Below, piece by piece: positions 62,254 through 64,000 of a DNA stretch of 64,000 nt. A program made the position numbers and the translations under genes. The notes beneath the pieces are model-generated. The model had not been told where the DNA came from and ran no database searches. It saw only the letters and a program-made list of their open reading frames with translations. Each line of letters starts with the position of its first letter. Within the stretch, counting starts at the first letter, position 1. The stretch comes from an uncultured Actinomycetes bacterium (lineage in GTDB: Bacteria; Actinomycetota; Thermoleophilia; Gaiellales; Gaiellaceae), in NCBI GenBank assembly GCA_963804935.1, contig CAWDSD010000026.1, positions 19,306-83,305 on the forward strand, given 5' to 3'.

Positions 62254-62930
62254 TAGGGCCGGATCGCGGCGCGCATGACCTCGACGGGCGCCGGCAGCCC
62301 CGTCCATAGCTCGAACGACGACGCCCCCTGAGCGACGAGGACCTCGAGACCGTCGACGACACTCACATCGGCAGCCTCCGCCGCGACAGCGGTCGCGGTC
62401 CTCGGATACGGAAGGTCGACGAGCGTCTGTCCGGCGCGAAGCTCGACCAGCACGTCGTCCCGCTCCGACGTCGCGTTGACCACGAGATCGACGTCCGAGA
62501 GGTCCGGCGGCCAGCTACCGCGGCGTGAGAAGCGAAGCGCGTCGGGCAGAGCCGCCGCAAACGCCGCTGCCGCGCCGCCGTCGCCGAGGATCGCGGCGCG
62601 GTGAAAGTCGAGGCCGCGGAGGATTGCCGCATCGGTGGAGTAGGCGCGAAGGCGACCGTCGTCGACGACGAGGGTGTTGACGGACTGCTCGTCGGTTTCC
62701 ACGAGCTCGGCCACAGCGAGCTTGTGGGGCGTGGTCACGTTCGCGCCGGCAAAGCCGAGCGCGACCAGGCCGCGCAGCGCATCCTCGAGCTGTTCACGCG
62801 TGACCCGCAGCGGCACATATGCCCAGTCGAGTCCTCGCGCCGCAAAGGCCGCGTTCTGCATTCGCGGGGACAGCGACTGCGAGACCGGATCGCCGAGCAA
62901 CCCGACGAGCCGGGTCTCACCGGAAATCAT
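62253..62930 (-). CDS. aroE: shikimate dehydrogenase (short form)
   Basis: LLGDPVSQSLSPRMQNAAF, GANVTTPHK and ILGDGGAAAA nucleotide-binding loop. 225 aa. Confidence 0.85.
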   Translation of the reverse strand: MISGETRLVGLLGDPVSQSLSPRMQNAAFAARGLDWAYVPLRVTREQLEDALRGLVALGFAGANVTTPHKLAVAELVETDEQSVNTLVVDDGRLRAYSTDAAILRGLDFHRAAILGDGGAAAAFAAALPDALRFSRRGSWPPDLSDVDLVVNATSERDDVLVELRAGQTLVDLPYPRTATAVAAEAADVSVVDGLEVLVAQGASSFELWTGLPAPVEVMRAAIRP

Positions 62931-63919
62931 GGGCCGCCGTAGCCGTGCGCGTTCGCGTAGTTCAGGAAGGCCTGGTAGCTCGCGGTGAAGAAGTGGTGCT
63001 TCTTGTCGGGCTTGCGCACGAAGTAGAGGTACTTGACCTTGGCGGGGTGCGCGGCGGCCTGCAGCGACGCGAGCCCGGGGTTCGCGATCGGCGTCGGCGG
63101 CAGTCCCTGCCGCTTGCGCGTGTTGTAGGGCGAGTTGCTCTCGAGCTGCGACTCGCGAATCGATTCCGTCGGGGGAATGTCGAGCCCGTAGCGAAGCGTC
63201 GCGTCGATCCCGAGCGGCATGCGCGCGTGGAGCCGGTTGTAGATCACGGCCGAGACGAGCTGGCGCTCGTCGGGCGAGAGCGTCTCCTTCTCCACCATCG
63301 ACGCGATGATGAGGACGTCGTAAGGCGTCAGGTTCTTCGAGCGTGCGTAGCCGAGGTCGATCTGCTTCCAGTTCTCACAGAACGCATCGAGCTGATCCTG
63401 CACGAGCTGCAGCGAAGATGTCTGCTGGAAGAACTCATAGGTCGCCGGAAAGAGGAAGCCCTCGATCCTCCGCGGCTTGCCGCGAAAGCAACTCGGCACC
63501 CGCGGTGTGGCCGTCGCGGCGACATAGGACCGCTTCGAGAGCGTCGGACGCCTCTTCGACTTGCGCGCTGCAATCCTGGCGACCGCCCCCACCCGGTCGG
63601 CCATCTGCTTGCGGGTGAACCCTTCGGGAAAGACGACGTGAAACGGCTTCGGCATCGCAATCACCGTCACGACAGGCCCGGTCGCGGTCGAGCGCGTCAC
63701 CGTCCTGTACACAAGCGTGCTCGAGAGCGTCGTCGGCGCGCTCTTGCTGGTGTTGTCGCCACCGCCGATCGCAGCGACCGCGAGCCAGCCGAGACCGCCG
63801 AGCAGGAGGACGAGCACACCGAGCGCGAGAATCCGGCGCCGCGCGACCTGGCCCGGGTTCGGACCTTCCGGCGGGCGCCCTTGCCGCGGCGGGATTACGC
63901 CCCGGCGCCGCTTGTCCAT
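62927..63919 (-). CDS. mltG: endolytic murein transglycosylase MltG (YceG family)
   Basis: N-terminal TM, EGFLFPATYEF, ASMVEKE, NRL...MPLGIDAT and GLPPTPIANPG motifs. Confidence 0.9.
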   Translation of the reverse strand: MDKRRRGVIPPRQGRPPEGPNPGQVARRRILALGVLVLLLGGLGWLAVAAIGGGDNTSKSAPTTLSSTLVYRTVTRSTATGPVVTVIAMPKPFHVVFPEGFTRKQMADRVGAVARIAARKSKRRPTLSKRSYVAATATPRVPSCFRGKPRRIEGFLFPATYEFFQQTSSLQLVQDQLDAFCENWKQIDLGYARSKNLTPYDVLIIASMVEKETLSPDERQLVSAVIYNRLHARMPLGIDATLRYGLDIPPTESIRESQLESNSPYNTRKRQGLPPTPIANPGLASLQAAAHPAKVKYLYFVRKPDKKHHFFTASYQAFLNYANAHGYGGP

Positions 63920-64000
63920 GTGAGGTAGCTGGAGAGAAGGTGGGCCGCAGCGCGCGCGTCCTCGGGTGCATCGGAGGGAGCCTGTTCGGCGAGATCGGTC
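63895..64000 (-). CDS. ruvX: 3' end of a Holliday-junction resolvase-like RuvX/YqgF gene (partial, runs off the window)
   Basis: The minus-strand frame reads ...DLAEQAPSDAPEDARAAAHLLSSYLTWTSGAGA*. The AAAhLLssYL tail resembles YqgF C-termini, and the gene usually precedes mltG. Only 35 codons are visible. Confidence 0.45.
   Translation of the reverse strand, partial: TDLAEQAPSDAPEDARAAAHLLSSYLTWTSGAGA

Noticed and set aside
1-64000. Mobile element, genomic island or defence system.
   Set aside because: I recognised no transposase, integrase, recombinase, phage, toxin-antitoxin, restriction-modification or cas-like proteins. There are no flanking tRNA genes or long inverted or direct repeats. 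By eye, composition is uniformly GC-rich apart from short intergenic AT islands.

Overview
High-GC (about 70%) bacterial chromosomal segment. It is very densely packed: about 70 CDS, mostly on the minus strand, many joined by 1-4 nt ATGA/GTGA/TTGA start-stop overlaps. Gene content and order fit a deep-branching Actinomycetota-like genome that keeps some Firmicute-like synteny. Recognisable blocks, in order: the tail of a division cluster (pgeF-yggS-sepF-yggT-divIVA ... lspA-rluD); cca, ridA, murA; a GT4/GH15 sugar trio; an imuB/dnaE2 SOS mutasome; cell-wall enzymes (M23 peptidase, L,D-transpeptidase); ppdK plus its regulator; glyQS, recO, mutM, deoA/deoB, ald, pyrG; steA/steB(mctB)-like genes; recN-nadK-tlyA-ispA-nusB-asp23-accC; efp-pepP-aroQ-aroKB-aroC; aroE-mltG-ruvX. 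I saw no rRNA, tRNA, CRISPR array, transposase, integrase or phage genes, and no clear-cut novel multi-gene system such as a defence island. The items most worth a second look are these. (1) An AccB-position gene fuses a full AccB/BCCP to a PycB/OadA-like carboxyltransferase domain in which all four metal ligands are substituted. (2) An imuB gene has two tandem LexA (Cheo-type) boxes over a TTGACA promoter, but it is separated from dnaE2 by opposite-strand genes and has no imuA. (3) A secreted protein with 18 Cys in a C-x9-11-C repeat is translationally coupled to a ComB-like phosphatase. (4) Two further degenerate-enzyme candidates: an IGPD-like protein, and a GT2 fused to a truncated MraY/WecA-like domain. 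(5) Two disrupted genes (AlkZ/YcaQ-like, peptidase E-like) flank the ppdK operon. All family names and motif consensuses are recalled from memory and aligned by eye. No searches were run.
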